The notes under the pieces are model-generated. The model was not told where the DNA came from. It ran no database searches and saw only the letters and a list, made by a program, of their open reading frames with translations. From a virus (lineage: Duplodnaviria > Caudoviricetes), in IMG/VR virus record IMGVR_UViG_3300042301_000931, positions 1 through 60,979 of that record: a stretch of DNA of 60,979 bases; one strand, given 5' to 3'. A program made the translations under genes and the position numbers. Below, piece by piece: positions 36,432 through 45,300 of this stretch (position 1 is its first letter; every line of letters begins with the position of its first letter).

Positions 36432-38071
36432 AGCTGTTTGAGTTCCTCAATAGATGTCGCAATGGCTGCATCTTGGACAGGGTTCGAGCCTTCCAACTCA
36501 ATCTGAAATTCAAAAGCCCGATAACCGCTTGGCAATCTAAAAGGCAGGCGGTCTGCGACGGTCTGCGTATGCTTTAAGACGCCATCAGCGTACAGTCGGA
36601 ATGTGACAGGGTATGCGTTGGCAACAACCACTGCAGCAGCGAAATTGATTGGGGAGCCTTGACGGAATGGTTTACTGCGTGAGCGATAAGTCATCGGTGA
36701 GCCTGCGTCCCATTTAGCAACGTGGGTACTTGCTAAAACATACAACTGATCTTTCAGACTGTCGAAGTACATGCCTGAGTAGCCAACGTCAAGGAAGTAA
36801 ATACCACCGCCGTTAGGGTCGACGATGAAGCCCTTGCGGCCAGAGCCGTCGTTGTAGCTACCTAGGTACAGACCCTCATACATCTTGCCAATGATGCTGC
36901 TAGGAACCAGTGCTTGCCAGTCTTCGCGGAGCATGATGCCATTAGTAATAACCCTAGGGCCGCCAGCGCCATACCAGCACAAGCCGTCTTCAGAAGCCCA
37001 AGCCACACCAGAACCCATACTTACAACGGAACGTGCTGCCACGCAGGCTTGATTCATCTCAAGCGGTTGCTGATCCATACCATCAGGTGTTGAACCTTGT
37101 ACCAGCAAAGGGCGTCCAGTCGTCAGAACCAGTAGGGTTTGCCCGAATACACCAAGGCCGATAGGTTTGCTATCTGGTGGGATGATCTCGTAAGTCGCAG
37201 GCCATGCGTAAGGAGTATAGGGCTCGCAGATGCGCACCGAGTTACCCGAGATACCACTCATCATTCCGTTCCACATAGCCGTCAGATTAGACAGGGTGGG
37301 CTCAGTGATGCTCGTTGCACCGCCTGTAGGAACGCCGGGAGCTGGAAACCAAAAATTTGTTGCAAGAGCTTCGCCAAGGGTGCGGTTATCGTCTGTGGTT
37401 GACGACGTTGAAATAGCGATCTCGCGCAGGAAATAAAAGTCAGTCCCTGTAGAGCTGCCTTGTGTACGGTAGATGCGGATCGTGGCGATGTCGTAGTTGC
37501 CTGACGGCACAGCGCTAAAGCCTGAAATAGCAGTAGAGCCTAGGTTGTCCCGGGTAACTAGGGCGCTCACAGGTGACGGCGCAGATTCCCACCCATAGTC
37601 GTTTACATAAGTGTAGACGTAGTAATAATACTCAATGACAGGAGTTGTTGCACCTGAGTTTGTACCCGCCACTGTTGGGGCTGCTGCAGGAGCAGGAATA
37701 CCCATAGGGCGAGAAGCGGTAGGGTATGGGGCTGTGGCTAAGCCAATCACGTTATTGGTAAATTTGGGAGCTCCGTCACCTGTGTAGTACGTTTGCTCGG
37801 TTGTGTCGTTGGCATCAAAGCCACGCACCACATTCACAGCAGTTGTCCAGCTAAGCCAGTACTGGGCGTCCGAGTCAACGTCACGACCCATGCGGTAAAT
37901 GGTCTCACGACCAGATGGGATAGCCGCAACATTTACTGGGGCTTTCCAAGGGCGTAAGTCACCACGCCCGGGTTTTTGGTTGCGGGATGCGACACCTACA
38001 GTCTCAGGCAACAGAACGGGGTTGATAGCCCGGTTCTCACCGGAAAAACCCGCATAGCGAATAACGGCCAT
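36428..38071 (-). CDS. Tail structural protein (nozzle/stabilisation-like)
   Basis: 547-aa beta-rich ORF; YVYTYV...ESAPSP, IRIYRT, PYAWP. Confidence 0.65.
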   Translation of the reverse strand: MAVIRYAGFSGENRAINPVLLPETVGVASRNQKPGRGDLRPWKAPVNVAAIPSGRETIYRMGRDVDSDAQYWLSWTTAVNVVRGFDANDTTEQTYYTGDGAPKFTNNVIGLATAPYPTASRPMGIPAPAAAPTVAGTNSGATTPVIEYYYYVYTYVNDYGWESAPSPVSALVTRDNLGSTAISGFSAVPSGNYDIATIRIYRTQGSSTGTDFYFLREIAISTSSTTDDNRTLGEALATNFWFPAPGVPTGGATSITEPTLSNLTAMWNGMMSGISGNSVRICEPYTPYAWPATYEIIPPDSKPIGLGVFGQTLLVLTTGRPLLVQGSTPDGMDQQPLEMNQACVAARSVVSMGSGVAWASEDGLCWYGAGGPRVITNGIMLREDWQALVPSSIIGKMYEGLYLGSYNDGSGRKGFIVDPNGGGIYFLDVGYSGMYFDSLKDQLYVLASTHVAKWDAGSPMTYRSRSKPFRQGSPINFAAAVVVANAYPVTFRLYADGVLKHTQTVADRLPFRLPSGYRAFEFQIELEGSNPVQDAAIATSIEELKQL

Positions 38072-38101
38072 GGCTAACTCCTATATGCCTAGATTGTAGT
38101 G

Positions 38102-38716
38102 TTAACCACCCAAAACAGCTAGGGCCTGATTGATGTGTTTGATGCGATCGTCAAGGCCAATTGTGCCTCCGTTGATGCGCTTCGTCATAGTCACGAAATC
38201 ACGGCCATCGGCAATCTGGTTGAGCTTGTGTGTTTGCCAGAACCAGCCCGCAGTTTGAGCGGCGTACTTGGGTGTGCGTACCAGTTCAGGCTGCATCACG
38301 AAGTCTTCACCGAGGGCCTTGCCTGCGTGGTAGAAATTGCTATGGCCGGTCAACTGAAGAAATCCGGAGCCGCGGAAACGAAAGCCATCCCCAGAAGCCT
38401 CATCACGGTTTCCCATACGGTTGCCGTAAATCCTATTGGCGATTTTTTTAGGCTGCTTCTCGTAGGCAGCAGCTTCCTCGGGGGTAAAGCCCCATGCACG
38501 CTTAGGCGTCTTGGGAAACAGCTTGAGCAAGGTGGCAGCCCTGTAGTTCAGGTTCTCTTCCATGATTCTAAAGTTGCCGCACTCGTGGCCGCACTGACCG
38601 ATCCAGCTGGCTTGTTGCAAGGGCGTGAGAATGCCGAACCGCTCGAATGTCTCGTTGAACGCGTCTGCCAACGAGGGGTCGATGTGCATCTGTTTTAGTT
38701 GTTCACTGTTGACCAT
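38102..38716 (-). CDS. Endolysin, glycoside hydrolase family 19
   Basis: GQCGHECG, EENLNY, FRGSGFLQLTG.SN.Y, TKRINGG; AAGGA RBS before 38716. Confidence 0.9.
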   Translation of the reverse strand: MVNSEQLKQMHIDPSLADAFNETFERFGILTPLQQASWIGQCGHECGNFRIMEENLNYRAATLLKLFPKTPKRAWGFTPEEAAAYEKQPKKIANRIYGNRMGNRDEASGDGFRFRGSGFLQLTGHSNFYHAGKALGEDFVMQPELVRTPKYAAQTAGWFWQTHKLNQIADGRDFVTMTKRINGGTIGLDDRIKHINQALAVLGG

Positions 38717-39203
38717 TGATGATATTCCTTGCTTCGTTATACGCGTCAATGCACGCGTTCAGTTGGGCTGTGTTCCGGTCGCCTTGGGCAACGATTTCTG
38801 CGATGGCTGCGAGGGTTGCTCTTTCGGCATCAGAAGGTTCGTCAGGCGCTCTGTTAGGTTCACTTCTTGTTTCTTGGCTATTTGTGGGGGCAACGGCGGG
38901 AGCTGCGGGGGTTTGTACACAACTGGGGGCGGGGAGGCGCACCCGGCCAGCAGCAATGAGACGATTGAGATCAGTTTGCTTTTGATTGACAACATTTGTG
39001 GTCTCCTGAAGTTTGGTTGCAGTGGTGTTAATCTGTTCGGTCAGCTGTTGCTCTTTAGCCCGAGACTCCTCGTTCTTCTTGGCAATCTCAATCTGCATTT
39101 CCTTGTCGCGATCCGACCAGCCGAAATGATACCCACCCCGGTAGGTTCCGAACAGTGTGATGCACAGACCAACTAGTATCCAAGGGAGTGGGATGCCAAA
39201 CAT
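38703..39203 (-). CDS. Rz: Inner-membrane spanin
   Basis: N-terminal TM helix plus coiled coil; C-terminal LNAC; next to the endolysin. Confidence 0.85.
   Translation of the reverse strand: MFGIPLPWILVGLCITLFGTYRGGYHFGWSDRDKEMQIEIAKKNEESRAKEQQLTEQINTTATKLQETTNVVNQKQTDLNRLIAAGRVRLPAPSCVQTPAAPAVAPTNSQETRSEPNRAPDEPSDAERATLAAIAEIVAQGDRNTAQLNACIDAYNEARNIINGQQ
38759..38995 (-). CDS. Rz1: Outer-membrane spanin lipoprotein embedded in Rz
   Basis: Lipobox LLAGC followed by a Pro-rich segment; alternate frame fully inside Rz. Confidence 0.85.
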   Translation of the reverse strand: MLSIKSKLISIVSLLLAGCASPPPVVYKPPQLPPLPPQIAKKQEVNLTERLTNLLMPKEQPSQPSQKSLPKATGTQPN

Positions 39204-39205
39204 AA

Positions 39206-39712
39206 TCAGTTCTCCTTGCGAGCGGCTGCAATCTCTGCACGGTCATCATCAGGCTCCATGTGCTCTGGAGGCGTTGTGGGTGGGGGCCCGGGTGTCCAAG
39301 ACTCGTCGAGGTCAGGATTCTGGTAGCCCATCCAGTTATAGTTTGGCACGACCGACGCGGGGGTGGGCGCAGGTGAAACAATCGTTGCCTGCACAGGTAT
39401 TGGTGTATTAGAAGTCTGGGTGGGTGTGGGGGTCGTAGGAGCAATTGCCTTAGCGCCAGCAGCCACAGCCCGCTTACTCATCACACCGCCAATACCGCCT
39501 ACTATCAACAACACAATGTCGTTGAGCATCTTGGTGTACGCCATGTCAATGGGTGCCATTGACTTAATAGGCTGCGTGACGAAGGTCACAGAGTACAGAA
39601 GCGCTACAACAATGAAGCACAGAATGCAGGTAACGGCTACAACGACGAAGCCCCAGACTCTGACTTCAATATCATCAGGGGTTAGGTTTAGTTTCAGGCT
39701 GTTGGACGTCAT
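39206..39712 (-). CDS. Two-TM membrane protein (holin candidate) with Pro-rich tail
   Basis: Two hydrophobic helices; lysis cassette. Confidence 0.65.
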   Translation of the reverse strand: MTSNSLKLNLTPDDIEVRVWGFVVVAVTCILCFIVVALLYSVTFVTQPIKSMAPIDMAYTKMLNDIVLLIVGGIGGVMSKRAVAAGAKAIAPTTPTPTQTSNTPIPVQATIVSPAPTPASVVPNYNWMGYQNPDLDESWTPGPPPTTPPEHMEPDDDRAEIAAARKEN

Positions 39713-39887
39713 TGACTTTTTTCTCCAAGATAGGGGCTACAAGATATTCAGGGCAAGTCTGGGTAAACTGGCACTTGGGCTTTTGGCACTGCGGAGCGTG
39801 GAAGTTGTCAGGGTTCTGACAATAGTAGCGGTACCGGTCTTCACAACCAGCCAGCATCATCACCGCAAAAAGAAAAATATACTTCAT
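39675..39887 (-). CDS. Small Cys-rich lipoprotein
   Basis: MKYIFLFAVMMLAGC lipobox; four more Cys. Confidence 0.8.
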   Translation of the reverse strand: MKYIFLFAVMMLAGCEDRYRYYCQNPDNFHAPQCQKPKCQFTQTCPEYLVAPILEKKVNDVQQPETKPNP

Positions 39888-40060
39888 ACCATAACGTCCA
39901 CAGAGTTGGGTCTAGCCCATTGGTTTCTGACTTGCTGCAGCTTCAATTCCTGTTCCTTCTGTAAGTTCAGGCGTTGCAATTCCTGCAGGTTCTTCTGGTG
40001 CATAACCCTGTATGTTTCTTGCAACATCTTGGCGTTGGTGTGATAAAGCGTTACTTTCAT
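39884..40060 (-). CDS. Small hypothetical protein (58 aa)
   Basis: ATGA overlaps at both ends; MKVTLYHTNAKMLQETYRVMHQKNLQELQRL... Confidence 0.6.
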   Translation of the reverse strand: MKVTLYHTNAKMLQETYRVMHQKNLQELQRLNLQKEQELKLQQVRNQWARPNSVDVMV

Positions 40061-40206
40061 AGCCCAATCTTCCCCAGTAAAAGTGCCACGATTTTGTTTG
40101 ACAAGTCATCAGGCAGGAACTTCAGAAAGCCAAGGAACCACCACGCTGCACAGCCGTAGCAGAAGACTTTACAGAACATGTCAAATTGTTTCTGGTACTC
40201 ATTCAC
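40057..40206 (-). CDS. Small membrane protein
   Basis: GTGA overlap with the upstream stop; hydrophobic. Confidence 0.6.
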   Translation of the reverse strand: MNEYQKQFDMFCKVFCYGCAAWWFLGFLKFLPDDLSNKIVALLLGKIGL

Positions 40207-40700
40207 CGCCCACACCTTTTTGTGGTTTGGCAAAAGTCCCACAACTCGTAAATGCCCACGAACAATAAAAACAGCAAGAACGCAGTCGCAGCAATGGCAA
40301 CGGCCCACTCCTGCATCTCAGCGTCTTTTTCTTTTTGTTTTTTCTCAGCGGCTTTGAGCGCTGCCATTTCCTTGGCATCGTCCCTGTCCATCTCGGCTTG
40401 ACGCTCTTTGATCTTGTTCCACACGTCGATCTTGCCAGTCTGCATAAAGAGCATTTTTAGCTCCTCCTCGAAGGCGCGAGCTTGCTCAAGCGCCATTTCG
40501 ATTTGCAGGGCGGTGCCCATGTTAGAGCCTTTTTTCTCACGCTTCGCTTGCAGCATTGCTTTCGTTGCAGTGCTTTTAGCATCGAACATCTTGCCGATCA
40601 TCGGCGCAAGCGAGCCTAGGTCATTGGCGACTTTACTCGCCTTCTTGACCATGCTAATGGCTGACTGAATGCCAGCTAGGGCCGTTACGGGATCAATCAT
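40203..40700 (-). CDS. Coiled-coil protein with a C-terminal TM helix
   Basis: MIDPVTALAG...; hydrophobic C-terminus. Confidence 0.75.
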   Translation of the reverse strand: MIDPVTALAGIQSAISMVKKASKVANDLGSLAPMIGKMFDAKSTATKAMLQAKREKKGSNMGTALQIEMALEQARAFEEELKMLFMQTGKIDVWNKIKERQAEMDRDDAKEMAALKAAEKKQKEKDAEMQEWAVAIAATAFLLFLLFVGIYELWDFCQTTKRCGR

Positions 40701-40831
40701 TTTTTCTCAACTTTTTTCCATTCAAGGCAGATTACCTTGCGGTTGTACACGTCCCCAGACCATGTCCATCGGACACAGCGGTATTCCGTGTTTGCGCTGA
40801 GAACTAACGCTAATGCCGCAAACCATGTCAT
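40697..40831 (-). CDS. Small exported two-Cys protein (44 aa)
   Basis: MTWFAALALVLSANTEYRCVRWTWSGDVYNRKVICLEWKKVEKK; ATGA overlap. Confidence 0.6.
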   Translation of the reverse strand: MTWFAALALVLSANTEYRCVRWTWSGDVYNRKVICLEWKKVEKK

Positions 40832-40845
40832 GGTCGGCGGTGGGT

Positions 40846-41073
40846 TTATGTTCTGCGAAACAGACGGGAAAGGGCGGACTTAATGGAGTTGAAAAAGCTA
40901 CCGCGAGTGGGTTCTGCGTTTTTCACTTCGGGTTCTGGGGTCACAGGAAGCTCAACGGGCAGCGTAACAGGTTCAGGTTGCGAAACCGTGACTGTCTTTT
41001 GCTTGGGTACAGCACGCTTCACCGGCGCTACTTTAGCGGGTGTCTTGCTGGGGGTTTTCTTTGTTGTAGCCAT
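40846..41073 (-). CDS. Low-complexity K/P/T-rich protein
   Basis: AGGA RBS. Confidence 0.55.
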   Translation of the reverse strand: MATTKKTPSKTPAKVAPVKRAVPKQKTVTVSQPEPVTLPVELPVTPEPEVKNAEPTRGSFFNSIKSALSRLFRRT

Positions 41074-41084
41074 ACAACATCCTA

Positions 41085-41318
41085 TTACTTATCCTGCTTG
41101 GAGTCAAGCTTGTCAAAGATTTGGCGCAGGATGTCTTTGATCTCTTTGATGTCGGCTTTGTAGTCATCCTTCTGGACATAGTCTCTGAGGATTTGCTCAC
41201 GCATAGAGGCCACATCGTCCTCCAGTTTTTGGATTTTGCGAGTAACCTGATTGAACACAAACACGGCCAAGAACGCGGCAATGCCCACGACGAAGTTAAA
41301 GATTTGTTGATTGTCCAT
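41085..41318 (-). CDS. Single-TM coiled-coil protein (holin/antiholin candidate)
   Basis: N-terminal TM followed by a charged helix; first gene of the lysis cluster. Confidence 0.7.
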   Translation of the reverse strand: MDNQQIFNFVVGIAAFLAVFVFNQVTRKIQKLEDDVASMREQILRDYVQKDDYKADIKEIKDILRQIFDKLDSKQDK

Positions 41319-41327
41319 GGTTTGCTC

Positions 41328-41918
41328 TTAGAAAATAATTTCAGCGCTTAATTCAATATTAGTTGCGGTTGCCAGAATGTTAGAACCGCCGCTATCAGAA
41401 GCAATCTGTACAGTGTAGATAAAGCCACCCATTCCGTTTCCTGTTCTTTGAACACCAAAAAGTGGATTACTTGATATCTGATGCCAGACGCCTTTGGCAG
41501 AGCCGTATTGAGTCGCACCGCCGAAACCACCGGTGCCATAACTGCTGGTTTGGGTAAATCTAACCCAATAGCTTGAACCAATTCCAGTTGTGGGGGGTGA
41601 TGCCCAACTCGTATAGTCACCTATACCAAAATTGCTCGTGCTGGAATCTATGCTTCCGTCAGAAACAATAATATATTCAGCATAGGCGGTATCACCCGGG
41701 TATGCTGTCCCGTAAACCCCCGCCAAACCTGCCAAAGAAATTGTGATAGCAGACTTTCCATGGCCGTCGCTCATGCTAATGATGTTTCCACTACCGGGTT
41801 TACCAAACAAAGACCGCACTGCCGTTTCGTTCATGCTGATGTTGGCAGTCGCGCTCCTCCCCAACTCAGTGTTGACCTGAGACAACGATATGGAATTCGG
41901 GGAGGCTGGTAGCGTCAT
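41328..41918 (-). CDS. Gly/Ser-rich tail fibre-associated (adhesin-like) protein
   Basis: MTLPAS..ISLSQVNTELG...ISMSD.HGKS N-terminus; downstream of the tail fibre. Confidence 0.6.
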   Translation of the reverse strand: MTLPASPNSISLSQVNTELGRSATANISMNETAVRSLFGKPGSGNIISMSDGHGKSAITISLAGLAGVYGTAYPGDTAYAEYIIVSDGSIDSSTSNFGIGDYTSWASPPTTGIGSSYWVRFTQTSSYGTGGFGGATQYGSAKGVWHQISSNPLFGVQRTGNGMGGFIYTVQIASDSGGSNILATATNIELSAEIIF

Positions 41919-41921
41919 GGA

Positions 41922-42329
41922 TTAAGCGGCAGGCGATGTTGGCGCAGCTGGCGTTTCAACCACTGGAGCCCAAGGCATTGGAGCGTTCGTCAAGGCAGAC
42001 TTAGCAACTTCTTTGTCGAGGACAAACTGGATGTGAGCTTTAATGCCGGGCAAACGTGTGTCTGTGGCTTCAACCCAAGCAGCGACAGCGGTCTCTGTCA
42101 AGTTAGCCAAGGGCACAAAGCCTTCAGCGGCTGGGTCGCCTAAACTGGTTGTTTGGGGCAGTTCGAACTTCTGACCGGATTCTTCACCGATCAATGTCCA
42201 GTCAACTTGCTTCACTGTGTTCTCAAGGTCATTGACGGTAGCTGTGCGCAAGCCGTTGATCTTGATTGTGAAGGTAGCCGTGAAGTTAGTAGGCTGTTCG
42301 GCTGCGGGAATAATTACTTCTTCAGTCAT
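41922..42329 (-). CDS. Tail fibre-associated protein
   Basis: FVPLANLTE..V.AWV...MPW; immediately after the tail fibre. Confidence 0.65.
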   Translation of the reverse strand: MTEEVIIPAAEQPTNFTATFTIKINGLRTATVNDLENTVKQVDWTLIGEESGQKFELPQTTSLGDPAAEGFVPLANLTETAVAAWVEATDTRLPGIKAHIQFVLDKEVAKSALTNAPMPWAPVVETPAAPTSPAA

Positions 42330-42331
42330 GG

Positions 42332-45300
42332 TTAATCTCCAATGAGTTTGTTGATAAGGGATTCTAAACGTTCTATGCGAGCACGCAACTCGACATTGTC
42401 TTTCGCTAACTCGACGGCGGAAGCTAGAGCAGCGTTGCCGTATGAGACTGACAGAGTCTGCATCTCGTCTTTTGCCGTCATGATTGCTTGAGGAAGCAAC
42501 TTCTGGAACGACTGGGCTGAGACACCGACTTGGGTTACATCTTCCTCGTCAATACGGTCGTAGATACCGACTTTGACTTGCGCCAAACGGGCAACGTAAT
42601 CCTCTGGCATGTCACGCCAGTTGGTTTTCAAACGTTCGTCTGAGTAGGCTGTGATATTACTGGAAGCTACGATCGAGTTTGAGATCGCACACTTGAAAGC
42701 ACCATTATTAATGATGAGCAAGCCGTGGTCGGTTAGGTTACCAGCAGCACCGCCAGCGTTGGGGTGTGACCAAGCCATGCCGTACAAAGAACCGGTTGTT
42801 GTGCCGTCTGCAGGTAACTTGTAAGAGTCACCCATAGCAAACACGCCTTGGTAGCGGTACGAGCTATAAACACCTACGACACCATAGCCATAGTTGTCAT
42901 CAATGTAGAAATTGCCATTGGCTCGGTTTGCACGGATGTTTCCGCCATTCCAAGTGCCATGTAGATAGCCGTTTCCTCCGTTGTAAACTTGAACAGACCA
43001 ACCGCCGCCGTTATGGAGTAGACCAAAGTTACTACTACTATCTGCGTAAACATACCCACGTACTGTTGATTGATGATTAGCTCTGAACTGAAGTTCAATT
43101 CCTGCACCACTACCGGTAATACCCCACGACGCACTACCATTTGAATAGAAATGGCAACCCGTACTTTGGTTGTATAAACCAGTATTTACGTTGTAGTTAC
43201 GCAACCAGCTATCAGCATAGATATCTGAGCCGCGAATATCCTTACCAGCTGAAAACCATTGATATCCTTGCAACTGCGCTGCGCTACCAGAAACACTAAT
43301 ACCCCAAGTACCAGATGCACCGGAGCCGCCTAGCGACGGGCTGTAGCTGGTGTAGTTCCCTGCGTGCAGCACTTGATTTCCCGCTTGAGTAATTGCGCCT
43401 CCAGCATTAAAGCTTGAAGGGGTTCTAAGCGCTCTTAGGTCACCGCCGATATTTGAAAACGACTCAGTAGCGGTAAATTGAACGCTAACATCAGCGCCCA
43501 AATCCATAATATTGTTGTAGTAATCGCCATTGTGAATCTTGCGAAGCACAATCGTTCCATATTCCCAGTAAGAACCAGAATCACCAAATACAACGCAGTA
43601 CTGACCGTCTTTGTATCCAAGGCGTACTTGCTTACCTAATTGTCCAACAACGTTAGCGCCTGTGTTGTACCAACTAGAAGCCCAGTTATGACCTCCGACA
43701 ATGACAGTGGATACGCTATTGCCGTTGTATTCATAGATGTCAAACACCATATGAACCATGCCGTAGTTGCCACTGCTGCCCGGCAACTTAAAGATGACCA
43801 TACCGGTAGCACCAGTTGAGCCCCATGTTGCAAGAGGTCGTGCAAGGTTATTGCCCTGACGGATTGCTGCACCGTTAGCGTTAAGAGTTTTGTTTAGCGT
43901 TGCGCGATCCGGACCAATGTCCAAAACAGTGGTTGAACTACGTAGACGCAATCCAAAGTAACCAGCAAGTTGAACAACATTTCCGCCAGTTCCCAAAAGA
44001 TTTCCGGCGTTGCCCAGACCATACCAAGGGGAACCGTCTACGTTGTCACTGATATTGCCGTAAGCCGCAATGAACTTTGAGCCAACATGATTGGCTGCAC
44101 TAAAAGTTCCATCTGTATTTATTGAAGCTTTGTCACCACTACTGTCTGCATGGAATACCAATGTGTTGGAGTCATTGGCTAACCACCAGCCAGCGCCAGA
44201 TGCTGAGGTATTGTAAAAACGAGCAATATACCTCTGCGTGCTTAGGTTTTGTAGTGGGTAACCGCCGCCTGTACTAATAGTAGTTGGTTGCGATAGAGTA
44301 ATTGCACCATTCTGCAAATCAAGCAAGGATTGCGATCCGTAGCCATAGCGATCAAATATAAATCTGCTACCGCTGAATGTATGCGTACCTGCGCTTGAGT
44401 TAGAAATAGAAGACCACGAGCTTGTGTTGCCGACGCTGCCGCCATAGTAAATGGTTCCAGTAAGATGCGTTGTTCCTTGAACACCAAGATTGGCGTCGGT
44501 GTTTGTGGAACCACCTGCTGTGATTTGAGAAGCGCGAACTGCCCCGCTTACTACTCCGCCACTAATTGGTAATGCATAAGAGCTGTAGTTACCTGCATGC
44601 AGTACGCGATTGCCGGTGTCATAAAGCTCATGACTTCCTCGAACAGGCATGCGGTTTGTGACTTCCGCTGTAACAGTTCCTGAATCATAAGACCGTGGAG
44701 AAAACGTACCGCCATTACTCGCAGTAAACGTTGAGTAGTATGGCGTTGCACTGTTCATCGTGCCGCCGGGGCCGTGGAACCTATAGTAAGCATTGCCGCC
44801 GCGCAGCCAAACAATAAAGCCGTTGACTGATAGGTGCATTCCACCAACCATGGTGGTGTATTGCTCAGCAAACTGAATAACGCGAATAGTCTTGTCGTTA
44901 CCGCCCCAAGCACCATCACCTGACCATTCCCACGTTAAAGTCAGGCCACCCTTATGGGCCCCAGTACCAATTGGGTCCCATGGAGCAGTATCACTATAGC
45001 CGCGAGAAATAGACCAGCGAGCAAAGTGAAACCAAGAGGATACACCAAACAGCACGGGGTAGTAGGTATTAGCATCCCCACCAACATAAAACTCTTTGAA
45101 CGAATCGTTCTCAAAGTAGCGTATATCACGGTTATTAACGTTGACCGCACCGCCAAAACTAACATTACCCGAAACTGTTCCGCCGCTCAACGGCAGCGCG
45201 TAAGAACTGTAGTTGCTTGTAGTCAACAAACCAAGCTGGCTAATAAAGTGCGCTGGTGTTGATTTACGAAGGTAGTTGTCGCCAGTACTTTGTGTCCAGA

